Below are positions 25,201 to 34,853 of a DNA stretch of 64,000 nt, in pieces. The translations under genes and the position numbers were made by a program. The stretch is from the NCBI GenBank assembly GCA_031430795.1, contig JANPCE010000057.1:22643-86642 (forward strand). Reading direction: 5' to 3'. The notes under the pieces were generated by a model. That model had not been told where the DNA came from. It saw nothing but the letters and a program-made list of their open reading frames with translations, and searched no databases. The stretch's first letter is position 1, and every line of letters starts with the position of its first letter. The DNA is from Hyphomicrobiales bacterium (GTDB taxonomy: Bacteria; Pseudomonadota; Alphaproteobacteria; Rhizobiales; Aestuariivirgaceae).

Positions 25201-26322
25201 ATGGGCTTTAGCATGCAATCAAGAACAAAAATCCTGGCAGAACAATACAATGCTGATCTGCCGCACAGTTTGAAAGAAGAGGTTGCAGAGGTTCAGCAAC
25301 AGTTCGAAAGAAAGCACCAAAATAAACCCCGCAAAGTTCTTTTGATTGGTGGAAGCGGCTACATTGGAACTGTTGTTGCCTTTGAGTTGCTGGACAAGGG
25401 CTACCACGTCAGAAATCTGGACAAGCACGTCTATGGAAATACGCTCCTGGCCGGATGTTATGTGGCCCACCCAAATTACGAGTTTTCATATGGTGATTTC
25501 TGCAAGCCTGAAGAACTTGATAGGGCGCTCAATGAGGTGACGGATGTTGTCTTTTTGGCTGGCCTCGTTGGCGATCCAATCACACGCAAATATCCTGCCG
25601 AGGCGGAGGCCATCAATGACAAGGGTGTCAAAAACGCCCTGAATCAACTGAACGGCAAGGGATTGTCCAACGTTCTTTTCATTTCAACCTGCTCAAACTA
25701 CGGGTTGATCAAATCGAATGAACTTGCAAATGAGAATTTCGAGCTCAACCCGCTTTCCAGCTATGCGCGCGACAAGGTGGGAGCCGAACAGCTGATAATG
25801 TCGCTTAAAGGATCAGTGGATTTTTCGCCAACGATCCTGAGATTTGCCACAGCATTCGGACTTTCGCCTCGCATGCGTTTTGACCTGACGGTCAATGAGT
25901 TTACCCGCACACTTGTCCAAGGCAAGGACTTGTTGGTGTTTGATGCGGATACGTGGCGGCCCTACTGCCACGTCAAAGATTTTGCACGACTTATCCGCCG
26001 TGTAATGGAGCTTTCTGACAACAGAAGCAGTTTTGAAGTTTTCAATGCAGGTGGCGTGGAAAACAACGCAACCAAGAGGTCACTGGTTGAAAAGATCGTC
26101 GAGCGCATCCCGAATTCAGTGGTCAACTACCAGGAAAAAGGCAGCGATCCCCGGAACTACAAAGTCAACTTCGACAAGGTCAGGGAAAAGCTTCATTTTA
26201 CACCGTCGTTCAGTCTTGACTATGGAATCGACGAGGTCATCCTCGCCCACAAGCGCGGACTTTACAACGCGCCGGAAATTGAACTTGGACAACTCGGAAA
26301 CTACTCAGTCCGATACAGTTGA
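25201..26322 (+). CDS. NAD-dependent sugar epimerase/dehydratase (extended SDR).
   Basis: Rossmann motif LIGGSGYIGT and catalytic YARDK (YxxxK). The start is uncertain (25120, 25144, 25201 or 25213). Confidence 0.8.
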   Translation: MGFSMQSRTKILAEQYNADLPHSLKEEVAEVQQQFERKHQNKPRKVLLIGGSGYIGTVVAFELLDKGYHVRNLDKHVYGNTLLAGCYVAHPNYEFSYGDFCKPEELDRALNEVTDVVFLAGLVGDPITRKYPAEAEAINDKGVKNALNQLNGKGLSNVLFISTCSNYGLIKSNELANENFELNPLSSYARDKVGAEQLIMSLKGSVDFSPTILRFATAFGLSPRMRFDLTVNEFTRTLVQGKDLLVFDADTWRPYCHVKDFARLIRRVMELSDNRSSFEVFNAGGVENNATKRSLVEKIVERIPNSVVNYQEKGSDPRNYKVNFDKVREKLHFTPSFSLDYGIDEVILAHKRGLYNAPEIELGQLGNYSVRYS

Positions 26323-26367
26323 ACCCGCGGGTAGTTTAGTCCGCGAAACGCGTTTGAAGGTGCATGA

Positions 26368-27510
26368 ATGATTTTATTGTCAATTCCCAATATTGGAGAA
26401 ACCGAGGAAGCCTACCTTCGTGAATGTGTCAGGACAAACTTTGTTTCTTCAGTTGGCCCTTTCGTTGACAGGTTCGAAATAGGGGTGGCGTCACTGCATG
26501 GGGGAACAAAAGGCGTAGCTACAAGCGCGGGCACAACTGCTTTGCATGTGGGGCTTGTTGCGCTGGGAGTTCAACCAGGCGACATGGTTATCTGTCCAAG
26601 CTTCACCTTTGTTGCGACGGCCAATGCCATTGCCCACCAACATGCAGTTCCTTGGCTCATGGATGTCAATTCAGGCTGCTGGACACTTGACCCGGATGTT
26701 CTTGAAGCAGAGTTAAAGACAAAAACCAGACGAAACGGCCAAACTCTTGTGCACATGGAAAGTGGACGGAAAGTTGCTGCTATCGTTCCTGTCTATACAC
26801 TTGGCACACCGGCAAGCATGGAACGCATATCTGCAATTGCAGCAGAGTTTCAGTTGCCAATCCTTGCAGATGCCGCAGCAGCCATAGGCGTTACCTACAA
26901 AGGACAAACCCTCAATGATCTGGCCGATCTGACTTCGTTTTCGTTCAACGGAAACAAAACCATCACCACTGGTGGAGGAGGAATGCTCATTGGAAAGAAT
27001 GCCGAGGCGTTGGCGCTTGCACGACATCTTTCAACAACTGCCAGAACCTCTCCTGACTACGACTATGACCGGGTGGGTTACAACTACCGCATGACAAACA
27101 TCCAAGCAGCAATTGGTTGCGCGCAGCTTGAGCGACTTCCAAGTTTCCTGATGCGCAAACGACAAGTCCGGGACCGTTACAACGATGCATTTAGAAACAG
27201 GCGGGGTATCACGTTGTTTCCACAGCCCCAAGACCTTGAATCGGCCTGCTGGTTCTCTGGCTTGGTGCTTGATCCAGTGGTTCAACCGCCGATCAAGGAT
27301 ATCTGTGTTGCACTCAAGGCTGACGGCATTGAAGCGAGATCATTTTGGAAACCTTTGCATGAGCAGAAACCATATCAGCACTGCCCGCGTTCTGATTTGA
27401 CCGTAACTGAATCGTTCTGGCGCAACGTCATCACACTTCCGTGCAGCACAATGATCACTGATGCAGAACTCGAAAAGACCGTTGAAGCTGTGGACCGGAT
27501 TCTGGTTTGA
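26368..27510 (+). CDS. DegT/DnrJ/EryC1/StrS-family sugar aminotransferase.
   Basis: PLP-lysine context SFSFNGNKTITTGGGG, with family-typical length and N-terminus. Confidence 0.88.
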   Translation: MILLSIPNIGETEEAYLRECVRTNFVSSVGPFVDRFEIGVASLHGGTKGVATSAGTTALHVGLVALGVQPGDMVICPSFTFVATANAIAHQHAVPWLMDVNSGCWTLDPDVLEAELKTKTRRNGQTLVHMESGRKVAAIVPVYTLGTPASMERISAIAAEFQLPILADAAAAIGVTYKGQTLNDLADLTSFSFNGNKTITTGGGGMLIGKNAEALALARHLSTTARTSPDYDYDRVGYNYRMTNIQAAIGCAQLERLPSFLMRKRQVRDRYNDAFRNRRGITLFPQPQDLESACWFSGLVLDPVVQPPIKDICVALKADGIEARSFWKPLHEQKPYQHCPRSDLTVTESFWRNVITLPCSTMITDAELEKTVEAVDRILV

Positions 27511-27562
27511 AGCATTCTATGGACATAATCAGCCCTTGACACGGCAAAGGCTTAGAATTGTG

Positions 27563-28678
27563 TCAGCGTGGTTGAGGAAGCTTGGCAATCGATTCCACGA
27601 TAAGTCTTGAGCAGTGTTCAGCCTCAAAGTTTCGCGACCACTTCAACGCCGCTTGAGACCATTTCTGCCTTGTCTCAGGCACCAACAAGGACATCACGGA
27701 ATTGACCGCCGCTTCAATGTCGTTGGGCGGGATAATGAGTCCCGCATTGCCAACACTTTCGAGTATAGAAGATACGTTCGTGGTAATCGTCGGACAACCA
27801 ACTGCCATGGCTTCAACTGGCACCATAAAAAAAGACTCTAACTGCGAAAAAGAAACCAGAGCAAGAGCCTGACTCAGTTCCTTGTAAAGTTCTTCACGGC
27901 TGCAGTAGCCAAGAAAGCGAATGTCTTCTCTCGTGTCCAAATACGCATTGTCAGCGGCACTTAAAGTACCCCTAATTGCTTTTTCCTTGCCGAACCCCCC
28001 GATCACCAATCCAAGTCGAATACCCCGCGCGTGTAGTTCTTTATGCAGCGCAATCAAAAGGTCGTTTCTCTTGTGCGCGCCTCCGCTTGTGATGGAAATA
28101 AGATTTGGCCGGATGACTTTCGCTGGTCCAATATTCTTAGGGATATCAATGCCTATGTACCGGACTTCAGGGTTAGAGATATCGCCTTGGTAAGACGCCT
28201 TCGCAACCTCCAAAATGTGATTGGATTCAAACATGTTGATGTTTGACCGCTTCAAGGCTAGCCGACTGTAAAAGGGATGTAGCAAGCTGCGAATCCGCCC
28301 TACAGTTGCAACTGTCTCAGACCGCTTCATGAATGGCATGACATTGATGTGATATGTAATCTGCGGGAGCCCAACGGGTGTCCAGAAGTTAAAGCTGAAT
28401 ATGCTGTCACACCCCAGTTGGCGCGCAAGCCGCGAAAACCCGAAGTGTCTGAATAGAACTCCTTTTTCCACCCGCTCCAACTCTGGTTTCAGAAGAATTT
28501 TGAGGTTGGGTCTGCTGTTGTCGGAAAGCAGTTCGGCCGTTTCCGCAGAAGCGATTACAACATAGACTGTCCATCCGGCGTCAACGCAACCGCGCAAAAT
28601 TCGCTCGGCGACAGTGACGCCGCCCCCGCGCTTGATGTTGATAGCATCAAAAATGATTGTTCTGTTTTGAGGTTTCAT
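27563..28678 (-). CDS. GT-B glycosyltransferase (GT4/GT1-like).
   Basis: C-terminal E-x7-E region ESFFMVPVEAMAVGCPTITT. 371 aa. Confidence 0.8.
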   Translation of the reverse strand: MKPQNRTIIFDAINIKRGGGVTVAERILRGCVDAGWTVYVVIASAETAELLSDNSRPNLKILLKPELERVEKGVLFRHFGFSRLARQLGCDSIFSFNFWTPVGLPQITYHINVMPFMKRSETVATVGRIRSLLHPFYSRLALKRSNINMFESNHILEVAKASYQGDISNPEVRYIGIDIPKNIGPAKVIRPNLISITSGGAHKRNDLLIALHKELHARGIRLGLVIGGFGKEKAIRGTLSAADNAYLDTREDIRFLGYCSREELYKELSQALALVSFSQLESFFMVPVEAMAVGCPTITTNVSSILESVGNAGLIIPPNDIEAAVNSVMSLLVPETRQKWSQAALKWSRNFEAEHCSRLIVESIAKLPQPR

Positions 28679-28692
28679 CTGGATGAGTCAGC

Positions 28693-29763
28693 CTAAACTA
28701 TTGCAAGGTGCGCAAATACTGTTTCGTGGTTTTTGCGTGCGCGTTCCAGGTCACGAAGGTTGCCTATGTCCTGCCAGTATTCATACAAAGGATATGGAAT
28801 AACTTGATTGCCATGCTGCACGAGCAAGTTAAGCAAATCAGGCATGTCGAAAAACTCATTCGAGGGCAGAAATTTCAACGCAGCACCCTGAATGATATAA
28901 TTCCCAGAATTGGCGAGGAAATTGATGACAGGTTTTTCTTCAATCTTTGCAACCTTGTTGTGCTCAACGGTCACAACCCCATAAAGAAGCTGCTCGCTGT
29001 AAGAGTTCACGGCGATTGTTGCGTCTGCACCGCGCCGCAAATGAAGCGTCATCATCGATCCGTAGTCGAGTGCGGTAAGAATGTCGCCATTCGTTACAAA
29101 GACGGGTCTTGAGTCGTCAACGTCAAGCAATCCCAGCGAACCAGCCGTCCCCATCCGCTTGTTTTCACGAATATAGCTGATGGAGATGCCCCAACGGGTG
29201 CCATCTCCAAAGTAGTTTTCAATAACCTCCGCCAAAAAATTTACTGAAAGCGCGAACTCGCGGAATCCGCACTCCCGGAATCGAACAATCATTTTCTCAA
29301 CCAAAGGTGCTCCACACAAATCAACCATTGGCTTTGGCATTGTATTTGTCAGCGGGCTCAATCTTGTACCAAGCCCACCAGCCATTATGACCACAAGTGG
29401 ATGGTTGTGGTCTTGCCGCCATTCTGGCTCAAGTACCGCAAGCGCACAAAGCCTGTTCTCTCCATCTAGAAGTGGAAGTTGCCTGATGACATGCTTTTTC
29501 ATCATGGCGTGATAGTGTTGTTCCTGTTGGTCCACAAAATCAAAATCTGGCGTTTCGTACATGCAGTATTTCAGGGGATCAGTCATTGCCTTGCCGGACA
29601 AAAGGGCAGTCCTAATAAGCGCGTCAGTCACCGTTCCCAGCAAACCACCTTGATCATCCAAGACAAGCGCGATTTTTGCTGCGTTACCGTGAATAATGCG
29701 AGCCGCGTCTGCAATCGTTCCCGCGCGATCTATGCAAAGATGGTCAATGTTCTGAATGATCAT
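28693..29763 (-). CDS. CBS-pair domain fused to a sugar-phosphate nucleotidyltransferase.
   Basis: N-terminal CBS-like region of about 110 aa, then the NTP-transferase motif VIMAGGLGTRLSPLT. Confidence 0.8.
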   Translation of the reverse strand: MIIQNIDHLCIDRAGTIADAARIIHGNAAKIALVLDDQGGLLGTVTDALIRTALLSGKAMTDPLKYCMYETPDFDFVDQQEQHYHAMMKKHVIRQLPLLDGENRLCALAVLEPEWRQDHNHPLVVIMAGGLGTRLSPLTNTMPKPMVDLCGAPLVEKMIVRFRECGFREFALSVNFLAEVIENYFGDGTRWGISISYIRENKRMGTAGSLGLLDVDDSRPVFVTNGDILTALDYGSMMTLHLRRGADATIAVNSYSEQLLYGVVTVEHNKVAKIEEKPVINFLANSGNYIIQGAALKFLPSNEFFDMPDLLNLLVQHGNQVIPYPLYEYWQDIGNLRDLERARKNHETVFAHLAIV

Positions 29764-30010
29764 GACAGCAATATCTGTTTGTTTGAGTTGGGCGTGTCAA
29801 GTTTTGGTTGCTTATCCACAACGTTTTCAAAACTCTCAAAATACTGTGACTTGGATGAGTGAGTCCGCAGGGTTGGTGCACAGGAATTATTTGGACCGCT
29901 CAGCCCGCTGGCAAGAACAGGGGTTTGATTTGCTTCTTGTGCCATTTTTCTGTTGCCGATCCCAAAATAAAGTAGAGAGCAAGGCCCAGCAACACAACAG
30001 AATAAAAGGC

Positions 30011-30157
30011 TCAAATATCCAAGCATGCCCGGGGATTTGGACATGCCACAACATAGCGGCTCTCTGGCGCATGGCGCACCAACATCGCCAACATCTGCCT
30101 GGCACCACCAGACTTGGCACCACAGGCGTTGACGAGAACGCGGGGTTCAAGCACCAT
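30011..30157 (-). pseudogene. Probable N-terminal remnant (about 48 codons) of a GT-B glycosyltransferase.
   Basis: MVLEPRVLVNACGAKSGGARQMLAMLVRHAPE resembles GT4 N-termini (compare IIFDAINIKRGGGVTVAERIL of the GT at 27563-28678). The frame then stops, and it lies at the junction between GC-rich and AT-rich sequence. Confidence 0.35.
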
Positions 30158-32063
30158 CTGTCTGGAAAAAACACTGAAATGGTGTGTATGAACTGACGGA
30201 CTTTTCAAAATGCCTGCCGCCGCCCACGGCTGTTTCGTCGGCCACAGTTTCAAACGTCATCTGCTCGAAGAAATCAGCGACAAGTCCGTTGCGGGCGGTG
30301 GGAACATAGAGTCCTTTGACTACGTCTGCACCACCCTCACCAGCCAGCTGCATGACCTGGTTCATGAGGAACTGTTCGACCCCGCGCCGCAACACCCGGC
30401 AAGACATCAACCATGTGTCTATCGACCAAGCATGCGCTTCAGTCTTGTCAATGACCACAACTGATATCATGCCATGGTCTGCAAACCTGTCTTTCATACG
30501 CACTTGCATGCAGATGAAATTGGAATCTGCAGAAAGCCGCTCAACATCAACTTCGCTGTAGCGGCGGGTTGTGAGGTTAAACTGGTTTGACTTTGAAATG
30601 AGCTGTGCGATTCGCGCCTTGCCCGTTGGGTCAAAGGGTTTCACGCTGATCCGCATGTCGAGAGACTGCAAGTATTCATCATAGTTGCCGATTGATTCAA
30701 GCGTGGCGGCAGCACGGGCGCGGCCAGTGTATGCGTCGCTGCGGCCAAGGTCCTCGGCTGTCAGCGGCAGGTATTCAAAATATCCCGCATCCAAAAGCGA
30801 GGCCGGGAAATATGAAACGTCTTCCGGCATCTCCGGCACATGAACGAAAGGCAGTTCTGCGCGGACGCGTTCACGTTCAGCCGGATTGTCATCAACAAAA
30901 ACCAGAGACTCGAGGCCAAGGTCGAGACTTTGGGCGATGCGTCGGATGTTGCTGGCCTTGTCGTCGAAATTGGCAATGAAGACGGCGACATGTTGTTCGC
31001 GCAACAACATTTCCGCATGGGACTTGAAAGGCTCACGGGCAATTGCTTCCACATTCTTGGAGCACACCGTGAGCACGATGCCCCGGTCGCGCCAGTCCAG
31101 CGTCAGACGCTGGAATGCCGTGAAGGCTTCACCTTCGGCGCTGCCTTGCCCAAGCCGCAAACCCTCCGGTCCGTCATCCGCCACCACACCACCCCAAATG
31201 GTGTTGTCGAGGTCCAATACAAGGGCGCGACCGGAACGGCCTGCAAGGGCTGCCAGTTTTGCGGCGAGACTGTCAGCGACCTGTGGGCCGTATTCCAGGG
31301 CATAGGGCGCTTTTGCCAGATGCATACGCACGGGGTCACAAAAGGCGAAAGTACCGATACGTTCAGCCAGTAAACCAAAATCCCAGACGAGCCACTGTCT
31401 GGCCTGGCCTTGTGCATGAATGAACGCGTTGAGTTGCGACACCAGCCTTGTGGCAGACCCCGCCATGCCACCGTCGCTGGATGACAACGCACTGGCTGGA
31501 TCGCGCGCAAGTGTTGCGACGATGACTGGAACGTCAATCCGCTTGCTGATGCCGTCAACGATGCGGGTGAGGTGGGCCGCAGCCCGGGACATGCGGGCGT
31601 CTTCCGCCGCATTGTCCAACAAGGGTACGCGCTCCGCGAAAGCGGAAGCGTCGAGCATCACCAGCACAGCGTCGAACGGGCCTTCCGGCCCCGCCCACTG
31701 ATCGTCCATGGCGAGTGCTGTCGCCGCATCAAAACCTGTTGTCGTCATTTGCAGGACAAGGCCGCGGGCGGGACCTGCGGCAGCAAGGTCGGCAGCCAGA
31801 AAATCAAGGGTCTTGTTGCCCACTGCCAAAACCCGCATCGGCCTGAAACCCGGCAGGTGGGCATGTGACGCAAAGGCAAGTTTGCCAAGTCTCTGCATGC
31901 GGGATTGATGTTGCATCGGCACGCGCATGGCAGCAATCCGCCGCAGTTCTTTAGAGAGGTCAACGCGCTCTTGGTCCACGCCGCGCAATTCGCCCGTGAG
32001 CCTTTTGAGCCGCACGTCAAAATCTGCGGCGGCGGGTTCGCGCCAGTCTCCGGGCTTAAACAT
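30147..32063 (-). CDS. FkbH-like HAD-IIIC phosphatase/acyl-loading enzyme with an N-terminal extension of about 270 aa.
   Basis: HAD motif I LVLDLDNTIWGG, the central NQFNLTTRR block and the catalytic cysteine context WLMSCRVLRRG. Confidence 0.8.
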   Translation of the reverse strand: MFKPGDWREPAAADFDVRLKRLTGELRGVDQERVDLSKELRRIAAMRVPMQHQSRMQRLGKLAFASHAHLPGFRPMRVLAVGNKTLDFLAADLAAAGPARGLVLQMTTTGFDAATALAMDDQWAGPEGPFDAVLVMLDASAFAERVPLLDNAAEDARMSRAAAHLTRIVDGISKRIDVPVIVATLARDPASALSSSDGGMAGSATRLVSQLNAFIHAQGQARQWLVWDFGLLAERIGTFAFCDPVRMHLAKAPYALEYGPQVADSLAAKLAALAGRSGRALVLDLDNTIWGGVVADDGPEGLRLGQGSAEGEAFTAFQRLTLDWRDRGIVLTVCSKNVEAIAREPFKSHAEMLLREQHVAVFIANFDDKASNIRRIAQSLDLGLESLVFVDDNPAERERVRAELPFVHVPEMPEDVSYFPASLLDAGYFEYLPLTAEDLGRSDAYTGRARAAATLESIGNYDEYLQSLDMRISVKPFDPTGKARIAQLISKSNQFNLTTRRYSEVDVERLSADSNFICMQVRMKDRFADHGMISVVVIDKTEAHAWSIDTWLMSCRVLRRGVEQFLMNQVMQLAGEGGADVVKGLYVPTARNGLVADFFEQMTFETVADETAVGGGRHFEKSVSSYTPFQCFFQTDGA

Positions 32064-32080
32064 GTCTTTGGCCTGTCAAT

Positions 32081-32503
32081 TCAAACTTGCCCGTCTGCGG
32101 CGAAATCCCCGGCTGGCAGCAAGCTGTGGGTTTTGCCGGTTGCGATCAGACGGTCTGCCGTGCGCACTTCGAATTTCGCCTCGATGCTGCCCATGGCCTC
32201 GGCCACGTGAACGACATGGAGTTTCAACACAGCCGCTTCACCCACATAAAGCGCGCGGCGGTAGTCGATCTGCCAGGACAGGGACACACCCCTGTCGCCC
32301 GGGATTTTGCCGCCCAGAACGTGGGACAGTTGAGCCAAGATGATGCCGCCATAAACGATGGCGCGTTCAAAGCCACGGGCGCGGGCAAATGCGTCATCCA
32401 CATGAACGGCGCTGCGGTCGTTGGACAGTGACTGGAACATAGCCATCATGTCATCAGTGACGGTGAAGCCGTGTTCGGCCATATCTCCCGGCTTGAGCGC
32501 CAT
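32081..32503 (-). CDS. MaoC-like (R)-hydratase/dehydratase, hotdog fold.
   Basis: 140 aa with the DRSAVHVD..FA...GFERAIVYG pattern typical of MaoC dehydratase domains. Confidence 0.7.
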   Translation of the reverse strand: MALKPGDMAEHGFTVTDDMMAMFQSLSNDRSAVHVDDAFARARGFERAIVYGGIILAQLSHVLGGKIPGDRGVSLSWQIDYRRALYVGEAAVLKLHVVHVAEAMGSIEAKFEVRTADRLIATGKTHSLLPAGDFAADGQV

Positions 32504-32506
32504 GGA

Positions 32507-32758
32507 TCAGGCCGGAAGCTTGCCGCCTATCAACGTCACCAACTCACCGACATGGGCAAGACTGGTGATTTCGGCGGCGGTGAACTTGATCTTGAAGCGC
32601 TGCTCGAGGCGGACCATGAGCTGAACATTTGCAAGACTGTCCCATTGTTCGATGTCTTCGGCCGTCGTTGTCATGCCAACCTTGCCGTCATACTCGTCGA
32701 ACAGGTCTGTCATCAGGGCCTGGATTTCATCGAGGATTTTCTGCTGGTGGGCGCTCAT
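32507..32758 (-). CDS. Acyl/peptidyl carrier protein.
   Basis: 83 aa with the phosphopantetheine attachment context IEQWDSLANVQLM (DSL). ATGA overlap with the upstream methyltransferase. Confidence 0.85.
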   Translation of the reverse strand: MSAHQQKILDEIQALMTDLFDEYDGKVGMTTTAEDIEQWDSLANVQLMVRLEQRFKIKFTAAEITSLAHVGELVTLIGGKLPA

Positions 32759-33669
32759 GTGGTTTTCCTTGCGATGACTGCTGTTGAAATGGCCATGGCC
32801 CGTTTGCGGGCGGATTCGAGTGTTGTGCCACTGGTGGGCGCAAAAAGCGTGTCCACAATCTCAAAGCCCGCTGTCCGCACAAGATCAACGATTTCCTCAG
32901 GCGCCCTGAACAGGGCGAGATGGTCGGGCGCTGGCGAGTTTACGGGCGCATTGATGAAGGCCAGTCCATCCTTGGCGAGAAGGCGCATGATGGCATCCAG
33001 GGCCTCGGCCGGCTTTTCAAGATGTTCCAAAACTTCAGAGAAGACGATGGAATCAAACATGCCCGAAGGTGCCGAGAACATGTTGACGAGTTCGAGATGA
33101 ACAGTCTTTTTTGGTTTCAAAACACCAAGCGCATGCTGTGTCATCGCGATTGAAGCCGGGCTGACATCCCAGCCTGTGGCGGTGGCGCAGCCCGGCGCAT
33201 CGGCGGCGAGGCCGAGGAACAGGCCGTGTCCCGGGCCGATCTCGAGATGCCGGAAGCCGGACTTCAGTTTGCCCAGATAAATGCTCTGGTAGTAACCCAT
33301 GACTTCGGTGTGGTTGCGCCACCACAGTTGCGACATCAGCAAGCCGTTCATGTAGCGGGTCATGAAGACGCGGTCCGCGTAGACTTCACGTTCGGCCTGC
33401 TCAAACGTCGAGAGCCGATATTCGCCGGTGCGCCGGAACGCGATTTCTTCATCGACAACCATTTCGCAGAGCCAACGATAATCCGCGAGATGCGTGTCCA
33501 TGCCATCGCCCACGAGCATTTCGACAGTGTGGGCAAGTTTCTCGGCGAACGCGAAGCCTTCTGGCGTTGTCGCCTCAAAACGTTTGCGCAGGTATTTTTC
33601 GTGGGACGGAAAAACCGCACTCTGGCGCGTGGCGAGGGATTGCAGTTTGGGGAAATCATTTGGAATCAT
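32755..33669 (-). CDS. Class I SAM-dependent methyltransferase.
   Basis: Motif I HLEIGPGHGLF and post-I/II FSEVLEHLEKP. The start was moved to the ATG at 33669, which overlaps the upstream stop (ATGA). Confidence 0.8.
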   Translation of the reverse strand: MIPNDFPKLQSLATRQSAVFPSHEKYLRKRFEATTPEGFAFAEKLAHTVEMLVGDGMDTHLADYRWLCEMVVDEEIAFRRTGEYRLSTFEQAEREVYADRVFMTRYMNGLLMSQLWWRNHTEVMGYYQSIYLGKLKSGFRHLEIGPGHGLFLGLAADAPGCATATGWDVSPASIAMTQHALGVLKPKKTVHLELVNMFSAPSGMFDSIVFSEVLEHLEKPAEALDAIMRLLAKDGLAFINAPVNSPAPDHLALFRAPEEIVDLVRTAGFEIVDTLFAPTSGTTLESARKRAMAISTAVIARKTT

Positions 33670-34853
33670 GGGGAATTGTTTTCCGTTAACTCTATGTGCC
33701 TGACCCGTTCCCGCAAGGACTGGGCATAGGCGGAAAAATTCTCTCGGGTGAGCGTGTTGCTCCCCCTCGATATTGCGTCCAGCATCCACCGGATCTGGAC
33801 GGCGTCCACCATATGGCCCGGATCGCGGTAATTTGCCAGCACTTCTGTTATTTGCCGTTCATTGTCGAATGCATGGACTCGTACACCCGGCACCGCAGCC
33901 AAATCCTCCACCGCACATTCGCGCAACCTGATCGAGAGTTCCAGCACGTCGTTGTTCCGGTATTTCAACGCCCAGACCGGGAAAGTCAGTTGTGAGACCG
34001 GGTAGAATACAAGTGCATAGGGTGGGACTAGGATGTCAACCTTGATGTTTCTTTGTGAGAGTGATTTTGCAAACGGAAGCAGGGACTGACGAAGTGCGGT
34101 AAACTCCTCGCATGCGATTGCTGCCGGTGCGGCAGGAATTCTGTCAAACTTGGCAACTGCCGCTTTCACGAAGTTCAACTTTTGGGCATCGTCGGGAAGG
34201 CGTCGCACCGCTGCAAGCGTTTTTTCAATCTCAGTTATTGTCCGCTGGCGCGGGCCCGGCAGTCCAAGAGCGAGTCGCGCTGACTGACTGATCGCAGTCC
34301 ACTCAAAGTCCTTGCCGATATTGTACCAAGGGGTGTCATAATACGAGAAGGGGAAGGTCACGCTTTCCTGTTCGGCAGGACTGAAGAAAGTGACAGAGTC
34401 GAGACCAACGATGACTCTTTGCAGCCTGGGCATTGCAACAACTTTGTTGAAGACGAGATCAAGATCCCGGAAGCGTGGCGCGTTGTAGCTGATGTTGAAG
34501 GGCGCGCCGCTTTCCGGAAAAGCCGCTTTGAGAAGCGCGGGATCAATGGGGTTGACGGTAGAACCGCCAATGAGGAGCAGATCAACATCACTTGCAGCCA
34601 CCACGTTCAACAGGCTGGCTGACGAATTCGCATCACGCGCGAAGGAAGCAGGTGTGGGCCGTGCGCCCCAGGGCCTGAGGTCATAGGGATCAACCAGCGC
34701 CACCAACAAAAACGCGCAAAGGCCCAGAACGAAAGGCAGCCCCGCCAAAAGCAGATAGGGCGCTCTGGCGCGCAGCAAGTTTTGATTGTTGGCTTTGCCC
34801 ATCCGATGCCAAAGCCCCATCGCGAACAACAATTGTGAAAAGTGCTGTGTCAT
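33666..34853 (-). CDS. Single-pass exported protein with SGNH/DltD-like catalytic blocks; candidate partner of the MBOAT.
   Basis: One N-terminal TM (LLLAGLPFVLGLCAFLLVALV), a LLLIGGSTV block (block I-like Ser) and a C-terminal YRDPGHM block (DxxH block V-like). Its start shares a nucleotide with the MBOAT stop (TGATG). Confidence 0.5.
   Translation of the reverse strand: MTQHFSQLLFAMGLWHRMGKANNQNLLRARAPYLLLAGLPFVLGLCAFLLVALVDPYDLRPWGARPTPASFARDANSSASLLNVVAASDVDLLLIGGSTVNPIDPALLKAAFPESGAPFNISYNAPRFRDLDLVFNKVVAMPRLQRVIVGLDSVTFFSPAEQESVTFPFSYYDTPWYNIGKDFEWTAISQSARLALGLPGPRQRTITEIEKTLAAVRRLPDDAQKLNFVKAAVAKFDRIPAAPAAIACEEFTALRQSLLPFAKSLSQRNIKVDILVPPYALVFYPVSQLTFPVWALKYRNNDVLELSIRLRECAVEDLAAVPGVRVHAFDNERQITEVLANYRDPGHMVDAVQIRWMLDAISRGSNTLTRENFSAYAQSLRERVRHIELTENNSP

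Noticed and set aside
29760-30044. A 94-codon minus-strand ORF with one hydrophobic segment in the gap between the nucleotidyltransferase and FkbH genes.
   Set aside because: It has no SD and no recognisable family, it overlaps the stop region of the putative GT fragment, and its composition shifts midway. It is more likely decayed sequence at a recombination junction.
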